DNA of 64,000 nucleotides from Terriglobia bacterium (GTDB lineage Bacteria; Acidobacteriota; Terriglobia; 20CM-2-55-15): NCBI GenBank assembly GCA_963664115.2, contig CAXWPJ010000005.1, positions 256,001 to 320,000 of the forward strand, read 5' to 3'. Shown piece by piece: positions 1 to 9,600 of this stretch (position 1 is its first letter; each line of letters starts with the position of its first letter). The notes under the pieces were generated by a model. It saw only the letters and a program-made list of their open reading frames with translations, ran no database searches and was not told where the DNA came from. The position numbers and the translations under genes were made by a program.

Positions 1-334
1 CTTTAATCTGGGCGCGCTCGGGAATCGGGATATCTACCCGCTGATGGGCCAGATACTCATCTTGTCACTGCTGGTCAAAGTCGTCGCCTCAACCGTACTG
101 GCCAGCATGCATTTCGGTCCACGGCAAATTGCGGGAGCGTCTCTGCTTCTGGCAACGCCCCTGACTTTGCTCGTCGCCATTTCCGCTCTCGGTCTGGAAC
201 TCGGCGCCCTGAACGATATGGAAAGCGCCAGCGTCATCCTTGTAGCCGTCCTCTCCAGCCTGCTCTTCCCTATTGCCTTCAGACGGCTCGGTATACCCGC
301 GAAAGAGGCCGCTGGGGAAGCCGTCGCGGAGTAG
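1..334 (+). CDS. C-terminal part of a cation:proton antiporter-like membrane protein (5' end outside window)
   Basis: Hydrophobic multi-TM ORF open from the window edge; resembles Na+/H+ exchanger C-terminal helices. Confidence 0.6.
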   Translation, partial: FNLGALGNRDIYPLMGQILILSLLVKVVASTVLASMHFGPRQIAGASLLLATPLTLLVAISALGLELGALNDMESASVILVAVLSSLLFPIAFRRLGIPAKEAAGEAVAE

Positions 335-680
335 TTCAAAGTGGGGAAAGCGCACGGGAGAAGGGATGGGGGAGGACCTAACGCTGCCGTGCATCCAACG
401 TCCTGAATTACCAGTCCGCTACCTGCCTTGTAATTTCGTTCGGGACCGGTCCGATCATCTTATTACTCTAAACGCCTCGGCTTCCGCCTCGTTGTTCACC
501 CGCAGCGAGGAACGCTGCGGGTTATGTTGGGGACACTGTTTGAACATTCCGTAATTCCAATTAAGCCTCGCCATCAGGATGATAGCGAGGGTCGCCGGTC
601 GTTCGGCCCACGCGTGGAACGCGACAGCTTTGGTCAGCCGTTTGAACGACCGAGCGAAATCTTCTCCCAACGACAGGCTG

Positions 681-1580
681 CTACCGCGCAGCAATTATTA
701 AAGGCTGGCGCAGTGTGAACCCGAGCAGGGTTTCGGCAGGAATGTTCAGGCGCTCGCCTTTGGTCATCACCTGGACGGCACCGGCGGCACCGGCACCGAC
801 TCCGGCACCGATCGCGGCGCCCTTGCCGCCTCCGGCGATCAATCCGATGAGCGCTCCGAGTCCGGCCGCCGTACCGACCCGCGTTGCGGTCTCTTCACCG
901 CGGCCCTCAGCCACCTCGGAATACTCAGCGGTGGTCAATGCATACGGAATCCCGTTCACGACGATCTGGCTCAACTCGAGCTGTAATTCGGCGGATCCCC
1001 TGACGCGCCCCGCTCCCCGAACTTCGACGATGCGGCCTCGAACGTCCGAACCCAGTGGCGCGACCTCGATACTTTCGACCATCAGGGGTTCCGCAAGCCT
1101 GGCCGTGAACGACTGTCCCACCGTATCGGTCTCGCTATCGATACTGTCAATCAAACGAATCAGGAGACTGGATCCGCTTGGGATCGTCCATGCGGTGTTG
1201 GCTGCTGGTTCGGCTGCCGGACGGTTGCCCAGTTCTTCGCGTGACTGCAAGCGCACCGGCGGCTCGGAAGGCGTGTCGACGTCGACAACTACTTCGGCTT
1301 CTTCCCGTCTATCCAGAACAGGACGGGTAGCCACGGTGGGTCTCGATTGAACGATGTCGCCTCCAAACTCGATCCCGGCTATCGACAGCAGGTCATATTC
1401 TTCTACGCCCGCGTCGGTCCTGAACTGAATCACCCGTGAGGATCCGCCCTCGTAATAGCCGCTGATCCGGTCTCCGTTTTTGAGAAGCAGCGTGTCCGAA
1501 TAACCCGTGACCGCAAGCGCCATGAATAGCGCTACAAAGATTCCGTACTTCAGACCTGTTTTCATCGGAAATCCCTCCAA
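681..1580 (-). CDS. Secreted hypothetical protein with glycine-zipper / TrbI-like C-terminal domain
   Basis: Signal-peptide-like N-terminus, 'DTLLLKNGDRISG', C-terminal 'GALIGLIAGGGKGAAIGAGVGAG...IPAETLLGFTL'; likely start ATG ~1565. Confidence 0.65.
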   Translation of the reverse strand: MEGFPMKTGLKYGIFVALFMALAVTGYSDTLLLKNGDRISGYYEGGSSRVIQFRTDAGVEEYDLLSIAGIEFGGDIVQSRPTVATRPVLDRREEAEVVVDVDTPSEPPVRLQSREELGNRPAAEPAANTAWTIPSGSSLLIRLIDSIDSETDTVGQSFTARLAEPLMVESIEVAPLGSDVRGRIVEVRGAGRVRGSAELQLELSQIVVNGIPYALTTAEYSEVAEGRGEETATRVGTAAGLGALIGLIAGGGKGAAIGAGVGAGAAGAVQVMTKGERLNIPAETLLGFTLRQPLIIAAR

Positions 1581-1762
1581 AAGATGGCCTTATGTGCTGT
1601 CGAAACAGCTCCTGTCACCTGCATCAGACCGAACTATGGTGTTTGACGCCGTAGCTCAAGAAAAGTTTAACCTCGCGTCTTGCCGAATCAGGGCCTTCCC
1701 GCACACCGCCGAAACGCCCGTAAGCGGAAGCTCAGAGCGGAGTTAGGAACAGCAGCCCGTGC

Positions 1763-1768
1763 TAAAAT
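1763..1768 (+). promoter_or_regulatory. Putative -10 box of the tRNA-Arg promoter
   Basis: TAAAAT about 12 nt upstream of the tRNA. Confidence 0.35.
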
Positions 1769-1779
1769 TCTCTCGGTCA

Positions 1780-1853
1780 GCGCCCGTAGCTCAGTTGGAT
1801 AGAGCACCGGCCTTCTAAGCCGTAGGTCGCAGGTTCGAATCCTGCCGGGCGTA
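1780..1853 (+). tRNA. tRNA-Arg (anticodon TCT)
   Basis: Cloverleaf GCGCCCG/CGGGCGT, D arm GCTC..GAGC, anticodon loop CTTCTAA, T arm GCAGG-TTCGAAT-CCTGC; CCA not encoded. Confidence 0.95.
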
Positions 1854-2032
1854 CTTTTATTTTGAAAGTCTTGGCGCAACATCTCTTCGGTGGGGAAGGG
1901 GGCTTGTACCGGCATTTGTACTGTCGGACAGTACGGATAAGTAAAACAACCGGTGTTCGCAGTGCAAGGGGCGTCTTCGACGAACCGCTCGAAGCTGAGC
2001 GAGCGACAGACTATGTATCGAGCTTCTCCTTG

Positions 2033-3100
2033 TTATGGCTGGACGATCCACGGGTGGCTGAACCACAGGTAACGGCCGTCGTTTCGCGGTGCCGTGCAAT
2101 TGACGCGATGGCGCCCCGGGGTTAATGAATTCTCGGGTCCGACGATAAAGCGCCGGGCGTCTTCCTGCCAGTCTACATCGACGCGCCCCTGCCCACTCAC
2201 GAAACAGGCGAGCTCACCGAGACGGGCGTTCGTTTCTCCGAGCGTGATTTTTATGGTGGGTCGGGTCGAGCTCGTTACCGGGTCCCAAGGTTCGACCTGC
2301 AACACCGGCATGGGAAGGCTCGCCGCCTTGGTGCGGAATTGGTCGATATCACCGAACGCCTCGGCCATGGGGTAGCGGGGCAGAGCCCGATCGTCGCTGT
2401 GAGGACCGGCCGGCCCGGAGTGCTGCCCGAAGCTCACGTAGCCCAGTTCCTGCAGTAGATTGCCGGTAGCGGTGTCGAACTCGCCATACGGATAGGCGAA
2501 GGCGCCGGTCAACGGCTCCAGCTCATCGGCCAGACGCCGCCCGCCTCTTTCCACATCCGCACGCACCCTCGCCAGCCAGTCGGCCTCGGTCTCCCCGACC
2601 TCCCGTTCGATCACCGAGCGGTGGGTAGCGCCGTGATTCGCGAAGGTCGCGCCGTTCGTTGCCATGCTACGCATCTGCTCCCAGGTCATGTAGCCGGTCA
2701 GACCCTCGTCTACGGGATCGGCGGCGACGAACACCGTGAAGGGGAAGCCGTGTGCCTGGAGCAGCGGGTAGGCGACGTCGTGCACCGACCGGTAGGCGTC
2801 GTCGATGGTGATGGCAACCGCATGCTCCGGGAGCGAAGCGCCTTCGTTGACGGCGGCCAGGACCTCAGCCAGCGGAATGACTTCATACCCGGAGGAGTCC
2901 AGGTGCTCCAGATGCGCCTCGAACTGATCGACGCGGATATTGGTCGACGGGAGTCGATCCTCGCCGAAGCGGTGGTACATCAATACGACGGCACTGTCCT
3001 GAGCGATTGCTGGAAGGAGTGGCGTCAGCGGCGCCAGGGCGAGCCATAGGAGGAAATCCCACTGTGCCCTGCGCTTAAAGTTCAATGCCGTAGCGGTCAT
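2033..3100 (-). CDS. Polysaccharide deacetylase (CE4/NodB-like), exported
   Basis: LMYHRF, ITIDDAY, NHGATH, FAYPYGE, LPRY motifs; signal-like N-terminus; start taken at ATG 3100 rather than the ORF-track start 3445. Confidence 0.9.
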   Translation of the reverse strand: MTATALNFKRRAQWDFLLWLALAPLTPLLPAIAQDSAVVLMYHRFGEDRLPSTNIRVDQFEAHLEHLDSSGYEVIPLAEVLAAVNEGASLPEHAVAITIDDAYRSVHDVAYPLLQAHGFPFTVFVAADPVDEGLTGYMTWEQMRSMATNGATFANHGATHRSVIEREVGETEADWLARVRADVERGGRRLADELEPLTGAFAYPYGEFDTATGNLLQELGYVSFGQHSGPAGPHSDDRALPRYPMAEAFGDIDQFRTKAASLPMPVLQVEPWDPVTSSTRPTIKITLGETNARLGELACFVSGQGRVDVDWQEDARRFIVGPENSLTPGRHRVNCTAPRNDGRYLWFSHPWIVQP

Positions 3101-3169
3101 TCGAGTTTCCTTGATTTCTGTGACTTCCGCATCTTCGGGGTTTTCGTATCGCGGCATAATACCGGCTTG

Positions 3170-3569
3170 ATGCGACGTAATCTGGACAGTTATTGGTCCG
3201 CTGCATGGGCGGTGCTGGCTGCGGTATTCACCGCCGGTCTGCCCGCGCCCGTCAATAGCGCGTCCACGATCGATGAACGCCGACTCTCGTTCTATCACAC
3301 CCATACCCGCGAGACGCTGGACGTTACGTATACCATTAATGGGGAGGGCACGGATTCCGCACTCACGGAGATCAATGAGTTCCTGTCGGACTTTCGAACA
3401 GGTGACATCGAAGTCGTTGACCCGGAGCTTCTGGATTTGATTCACGACGTCCGTGCATCACTCCGCAGCAGCGAAACGTTTGAGGTCATTTCGGACTACC
3501 GCTAACTCAAGACCAACGAAATGCTCCGCGCCAGAAGCGGCGGCGTTGCCCGCAACAGTGAACACGTGC
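3170..3569 (+). pseudogene. YcbK/DUF882 (peptidase M15-like) pseudogene
   Basis: RRLSFYHTHTRETL, LSDFRTG, DPELLDL, ISDYR then TAA 3503-3505; the frame continues 'LKTNEMLRARSGGVARNSEH' and is cut at 3570. Confidence 0.85.
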
Positions 3570-3710
3570 CAGAGGCCATTTTTGAGGAATTAACGTCCTC
3601 TTGGGCTCTTCAGGTTGCCCTGTCGAGCGTATTCGCGAGGGCTGGGCCTCGGAGTCGGCGCTGTTTCCCCGATCATTCTCGGGCCGAGGGCTCTTATTTC
3701 TCCTATACTC
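3570..3710 (+). repeat. Isolated copy of the ISCR oriIS-like end (141 bp, one mismatch to 25723-25863)
   Basis: Direct sequence match; ends ...TATTTCTCCTATACTC, resembling the ISCR oriIS terminus (TTCCTATAC). Confidence 0.85.
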
Positions 3711-3752
3711 ATCTTATTCTTCTTTGCGCCTTTGCGCCTTTGCGGTAAAAAA

Positions 3753-4030
3753 TCATCCTGCTGCTTCTGATCTAAGCACTTCCAGGAATTCGGTGGCGCT
3801 GTAGCCGGAACGGAGGACCCGGACACCCAGATCGCTTTCCACGTCAGCGAGAGTCATATCGTCTAGAAAAAGGCCTTCCTCACCAATCATGGCCTCCGAT
3901 GGCAGAACGACGAAGTCGCCATAGACCTTGTCCTTGAGGGCCGCTACGAAATCACTGCCCGTCAACAACCCGGCCACATTGATCCCGGAGCCCCAGAACC
4001 GGTTCTCCACAACGACCGTCTTGAGATCCA
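3753..4030 (-). pseudogene. 3' fragment of a DUF512 (PDZ/radical-SAM-like Fe-S oxidoreductase) gene
   Basis: ENRFWGSGINVAGLLTGSD and FLDDMTLADV motifs; N-terminal bulk missing. Confidence 0.75.
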
Positions 4031-4144
4031 GCCCCAGTCGGGCGACACATTCGGTAAGGTAGGGATGGAAGAGTCGCCCGGTACAGAGCGTTCCTTTGGT
4101 GACAGTGCCATTTGAAGCGGTGCTACTCCATTTAGAAGCTGGAA

Positions 4145-4600
4145 TTGACCGACGTTCGGCTCGACGGCTGCAAGCTCGCCAACAGCAACTGGAACGAGGC
4201 TTCGATTTTTCGGACGGAGTTTCTCGATTGCCGGCTCACAGGTGTCGACCTGACGAGCGCTTCGATTCGGCATACGCTGTTTCAGGGATGCACCCTGGAG
4301 CTGAGCAATTTCCGTTTCTCTTCATTCAAGGACGTTTACTTCGTCAATTGCGTCGCCCTCGATGCTGACTTCCAGGGAGCCGATCTGAGAGGATCGGTGT
4401 TTTGGGAGTGCGACCTCAGGAACGTTCAATTCTCCGGAACGAAATTAGCCGGAGCGGATCTTCGTGGCTCTCGAATAGAAGGCATTGGCATAAAGCCGGA
4501 GGAGTTGAAGGGCCTCATCATCGATGAGACTCAGTTCGGCGTATTGTCCTGGCAGTTCGCAAGTCTATTTGGAATTGAGGTTCGCAACCTCGAAGAGTAG
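4145..4600 (+). CDS. Pentapeptide-repeat protein, probably 5'-damaged
   Basis: A(D/N)LxG-type repeats (DADFQGADLRGS, KLAGADLRGS); upstream frame broken. Confidence 0.8.
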   Translation: MTDVRLDGCKLANSNWNEASIFRTEFLDCRLTGVDLTSASIRHTLFQGCTLELSNFRFSSFKDVYFVNCVALDADFQGADLRGSVFWECDLRNVQFSGTKLAGADLRGSRIEGIGIKPEELKGLIIDETQFGVLSWQFASLFGIEVRNLEE

Positions 4601-4752
4601 CGGACTGAACCCGCGCGATTGGGTTGACGCTAATGCGTTTGCGATTTCGCTCAAACAACAAATGCCAACCTGATTGTCATCAACCTTCACGGCAAGATAC
4701 GTATCGAGCGCACCGTACCGCAATCTAACCGCACACGCAGTTTGAGATCGAT

Positions 4753-6600
4753 CTAAAGGTCCGAATCATCGGATTCCACATCCTCCTTTGCCGGGTTCCG
4801 CTTTGCCTGAATCTGATCGAATCGGAGGCCGCTGGACCGTTCCCCGCGTCCAGCACGTTTGTCGATTCCGGCCCAGACCGAGGTGCGACCGCCATGCCAC
4901 CGACATCGGCGGAACGCCTTCCGAACGCGGATGCCAGTGCGTGGCACTTCTTCTTCGTGGACGTAGGAGGGTGGTGGGGGTGCGGAAATGATCCGGGTTC
5001 GGCCAGCGATCGGGTCCGCCGCCGAGACTCCGTCAAGGTACCGCAACATCGCCGACCGCTGGAGTTGGGTCTTCCTGGTGTTGCCATCGACATGGACCGG
5101 GATCAGCGGAATCCAATTTTCCGGAACACTGGTCTGAGCCAGATACCGTATCTGAGCGTCGTTGTCCTGGAGCGCAGAATCATCAATGTCCTTCGGAGTG
5201 ATGGACTCAAAGTAATGCCTCACATCGAGAGCAGCCTTGTGCCCTGGCGTTCCGCGGCCGATTTCTAGGGGTACTACGGACTCGATCCCCCATACCAAGT
5301 TGGCCATCTCATCGCGTATGAACTGGACTTCCTCCAACTTGTCGCCATTCTGCGTCTTATGGGTGGCCGCTGGAAGGAATAGCCGGGTATCGGCAGCATC
5401 GACGCCGTTGACGCTGAGCGTGTAAAGGGCCCATCGTTGCCAGTCGTCGTCTCTGCCGCGTCCGGCAGCCTCAATCCATGTCCGTTCTCCGAAGTTGTTC
5501 GTTACTTCGAACCCGGTAATAAGGGCGAGGCTTCCCGTTGCCAGTCGGAATGGAATCAGGAACCAGTCGTTTCCGTAGAGGAGACTGAATTCGGTCAGCA
5601 ACAGCTTAGCGGTGTCGGTCGTGTGGGCATCGATGTTCCCAAAATCGACATTCCCGTTTTCAAATTCCCACCATCGCGGGTTCGGCATTCCCGGAAACTG
5701 AATTGGGGCCGGAATGAAGCTGAGCGTTTCCTCTTTGACGACGCTCGAGTGGTCCTCGCCGGCGCCGAGTACGCCTACTTCGGAATCGATGTTGAAGGAA
5801 TACCAGTCGAGCCGGCCACCGGGGTAGCCGTCGGCGGTCAGGACGGTTTCCCCACCGTCGGGTTTAGGAGCCGAGCAGGCGAACGAGTATTCCAGTTGTT
5901 CGGGAATCCAGTCGTTTTTTTCGTCGCCCGAGGGTTCCTGGTAGCGATGGCCCACCCGATCCAGAAACAGATCCCGTTGAGCATCGAGTTCGGTTTGATC
6001 GGATGGTTCCGAAACTGTGATGCCGTCGGCTGCTGAACCGCCGGCTTCGACGAGGGTCCGGAAAGCGTCTCCATCCATGCTGCGCCCTGTGGTCGCCGCA
6101 AACCATTGCGCGACTCTTGAATGGGCATGGACCAATGCGTGGTCGGCGTCCGCGTCCGGTGTCGTGATCGGATATCTGGCGATGTAGTCGGCTCGGAAAT
6201 CCTTCGAGAGTCGCCCGTGATTCAGCGATTGGCGGATTAGATTCAGCCAGTAGCGGCCCAGTTGTAACCGCTCGGCCAGATCCAGAGGGGCTGTCTGCTG
6301 TTCGACCCGGGCCTCAAGCGGAATGCTCGAATCCATGCCGCTAGTTGCTTCGTCCTGGCCCTTATAGCGTGTGAGCCGCGTGGTTTGAACTTGGGTTCTG
6401 GCAAAGACCGGTGACCCTGCATCCTCTCCCCTGAACTCACCGAACTGCCACTGCCGGGTCAGCATCCACAGGGCATCCCTCACCTCGGCTCGCAGCGTCC
6501 TGTCAAAATCTCCCTTTCGGGGACGGCCCTCGATGCGATTCCACGAAACGATCCCCGGCTTCCAATGTTCGCGCAGCGTGCTGGAAATATTCCTGGCCAT
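4753..6600 (-). CDS. Conserved hypothetical protein, 615 aa (last gene of the large operon)
   Basis: Long ORF, 1-bp gap to upstream gene; motifs RDALWMLTRQWQFGEFRGEDAGSP, FPGMPNPRWWEFE, FIRDEMANLVWGIE, EEEVPRTG. Confidence 0.8.
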   Translation of the reverse strand: MARNISSTLREHWKPGIVSWNRIEGRPRKGDFDRTLRAEVRDALWMLTRQWQFGEFRGEDAGSPVFARTQVQTTRLTRYKGQDEATSGMDSSIPLEARVEQQTAPLDLAERLQLGRYWLNLIRQSLNHGRLSKDFRADYIARYPITTPDADADHALVHAHSRVAQWFAATTGRSMDGDAFRTLVEAGGSAADGITVSEPSDQTELDAQRDLFLDRVGHRYQEPSGDEKNDWIPEQLEYSFACSAPKPDGGETVLTADGYPGGRLDWYSFNIDSEVGVLGAGEDHSSVVKEETLSFIPAPIQFPGMPNPRWWEFENGNVDFGNIDAHTTDTAKLLLTEFSLLYGNDWFLIPFRLATGSLALITGFEVTNNFGERTWIEAAGRGRDDDWQRWALYTLSVNGVDAADTRLFLPAATHKTQNGDKLEEVQFIRDEMANLVWGIESVVPLEIGRGTPGHKAALDVRHYFESITPKDIDDSALQDNDAQIRYLAQTSVPENWIPLIPVHVDGNTRKTQLQRSAMLRYLDGVSAADPIAGRTRIISAPPPPSYVHEEEVPRTGIRVRKAFRRCRWHGGRTSVWAGIDKRAGRGERSSGLRFDQIQAKRNPAKEDVESDDSDL

Positions 6601-6601
6601 G

Positions 6602-9600
6602 TTAGAGATCCTCCCCGTTTCCGGGAAACGTGCTGCCCAGGTTGGAGGTGAGGCGGGTGGATATTGTCATCGCCGCGGTGGTGAATGCCACCAGTACGGC
6701 GGGCAACAATTGCGCGTAGTTGGACCGGTCCACGTGGGCGGGTTCAACACCGCGCTGTTTTGCCATGTCTAGCGTTTCGGACAGTGCGTCGGTCAGGTCA
6801 TGCCATTTCCACGATCCAGTTTGCGCGGGAGGGACAACCAGCAGCATTGTCTGGGGTGCCTCCGCATTCGGCTGGTCGTAATGGAAGGCGACGCCAGTGG
6901 TTTCTTCGTTGCCGGGAACCACCTCCACCCACTCGTCCAGAACGACGCCTTTCATGGGCCGAGGCGCCTCAAAGGCCGATCCCTGGTGGACCGCCAGAAC
7001 CAGCTTCTCGCCCGACAGCGCGTAGTCATCCGGAAACTCAATCGCCAGCCAGGCGTCATTTTCTTGGTAGGGTAGTTGGACCGGATCCAGCTGAAGTGCA
7101 CGCCGGTCAAAGTTGTCGCTCATCAGTGCCGTTTGCTCCCACAGCGCCATTCGCCCCCGTACGCGTGCCACGCCGTTCAGCCAGTCCTCGACCGGCAGTG
7201 GCGGCGGTGCTGAGTTCACCAGATATTCGCTCGATGCAAAGGACTCGACGAGAGCACCCGGGTTGTTTGGACTAAACACGGGCAGCATTGTGAAATCAGC
7301 TCCCAGCAACGCGCCGGACGCATCGGCTAAAAGGTTCACTGTCTGATCGATCGTCATGTCCGAGGATATCGAGCCCAGGGTTGCGTCACAGGATTCCAAC
7401 TTTGACTCGACAGTAGTCAGGACCCGGTTGGCTTGCGCGATCAGGTTGGTGCGAATAGTTGCTGACGCTCCCACAGCGCTCTGGGGAATGGCCTTGGGAA
7501 CTGCAAACGCTGCGAGCGGGACCATAGCGTCTCGAACGGCGTCTGTAATCGCTTCGTCCTCGTCAGACCCCGCCTCCAGCGCGACGCGTGCGGACTGAAG
7601 CGTGTCGTGGAGGGCCGACAGCGTATCCCGGAGGGCCCTGGCGCGGGTCGCGAACTCGTCGGAGTCGCGTCCGCTGGAGTATCCGGCATCGTCGGTGTCG
7701 TCTCCGGGCAGGATAAGATCCATTCCGCCCAGAGCCCGTGGCTCGGTGACGATCGCCCGAAGTGGTTCCAGCAGAGGAGTCAATTCAAATAGTGTGACGT
7801 CCTTGGCCGCCCAGCTTTCGTCCCGTTCGGTCGAGATCACTTCGACATTTGTGCTGTCGCCGATAGCCTCCGCTTGCCGCACGAAGTACGCGATCCGGTC
7901 GTCCATTTCGGTTCCTACGGCCGCCGCGCGCGCACCAAGACCAAGGATGTGCACCAGATCGATAGGCTGGAACCCGAGGTCGGTGATGCGAACGTCGCGG
8001 GCACTCTGCGTTGAACCGCCGTCCGTGCTCCACTGTGCACGCACGACGATCCGGTCAGGTTCGGGCAACACCGTTGCGAGCCATAGATTGACTCCGGGTT
8101 CGGCCGCAGACCGCGGCGTGTGGGCGACCCCGTAGGCATGCCACGGATTGTTCGCCGGGTCGCCGCCATCCGCGGCCGGGTCGAACAGGAGCAGACACCG
8201 ATGAGTGAGGCTAAAGCCGCTCCGCGGCGTGTCGACGATCTCGGGAATCGGTGGGACATGTCCGTTGCTCAAGGCATCAGTCACCGCCGCTGCCCGCTCA
8301 GAGTTGCCCTGGACCAGTTGGTAGACGCTTTCGGCCATGCCCAGATCGCCCACCGCGTCTAGGGCATCGCGGAGGCGGTCGACTTCGGCGTTGATCGTCG
8401 CTGCTTCGTCTGAAGTCGCGTTCTCCAGATCGGTCCGGTCGAACGGGTATGTGGCGGTCCCTACGGACTGAATGTGATCGATCAGGGCTACGCCGTTCAT
8501 GACGTTGCTGGACTCTAGGGCCGTGATCGGCACGTCCGGGCCCGATCGCTTCAGCCGGTCCGCGACCAGGGGAAATGCCTTGCGGAGCGGATAGATGAAC
8601 TTGTCGACTTCCGCCATTTCGTGTCGATCATGGAGTCCCCGCTCGAACTGATAGCCCAGCAGTTCAGCCAGACCCTGCCCCTGACGGATACCTTCAATCA
8701 GCCACAGGGCCGTGCGGACCCGTTCCGACGAGAGATTGACCGACATCAAATCCGCATCGGTCTCTCCGGAATGGGTCAGGTAAGCATTGCGGAGCACGGC
8801 GGCGGTGACGGCGTGATTCAGAGACGGACCGTGGATGAATCCGGCGTTGCCGTCGTTCCGCTGCAGCGGAGATGTTCCCGGCCCAAAGGCTTCAGGGACG
8901 TCCTCGGGCGACACATTCTCACGAACGGTCTTCGATGGCCGGAGGTCTTCAAGCCACCCGAATGCGCCGACATAGATCCCGTCGCGCAAGGTTTCCATGT
9001 TCTCGCCAGGATCCTGCCGGAATCGCAATGATTCGAGTTTTTTGTGAATCAGTCCCTGTTTCCATGCATCGAGCCTATAGCTGGCGAGGTCGAGGTGTTC
9101 GGTGAACGCCCGTTCCAGCCGCGCGGTTGGTAGGTCTGCCAGCAGTCCGAGCGAAGCCTGAACCGCCTGGAACTCCTTGAGATCCGCAAACGGTTCCCCC
9201 ACGGTCCCGTTCTTGTATCCGTCTAGGCCCAAAACAAGCGCATAACCAGTCCGCCGAGGCCCAGTTCGCGCCGATAGAATTCGAGGCATAGAATCCCGTT
9301 CCCGGATGGCCTGTTCCAGGTATCGAGTTTCTGTTGAATCTGTTTCAGTTCAGCCTCGCTGGTGTTGGACGGTTGACAGAAACCGGGACCTCGATCGCCC
9401 GGGCTCAGAGTCATGATCGGGTCAACATCGCAGAGGCTGACGCAACACATCCACCCCGCGGAACAAGACCGGCAACCACCGGTTCCAGGCCAGGATCCGG
9501 AACAGAATGCGCCGCCCGGTGCGCACGAGTTGGCACGGCACAAGCATGAAAGCGTTCAAGAAGGTTTTGAACTCCATGCGCAGCACGGTTTGCTTCTCAG

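Noticed and set aside
1808-1823. C-U mismatch at the top of the tRNA-Arg anticodon stem as a sign of a chimeric tRNA
   Set aside because: Both 3' halves are identical, so there is no evidence of chimerism
3101-3445. N-terminal extension of the deacetylase ORF
   Set aside because: Antisense to the YcbK pseudogene; the signal-like sequence begins after ATG 3100
4145-4600. Qnr/MfpA quinolone-resistance call
   Set aside because: Pentapeptide repeats alone do not support that function, and the gene appears 5'-damaged
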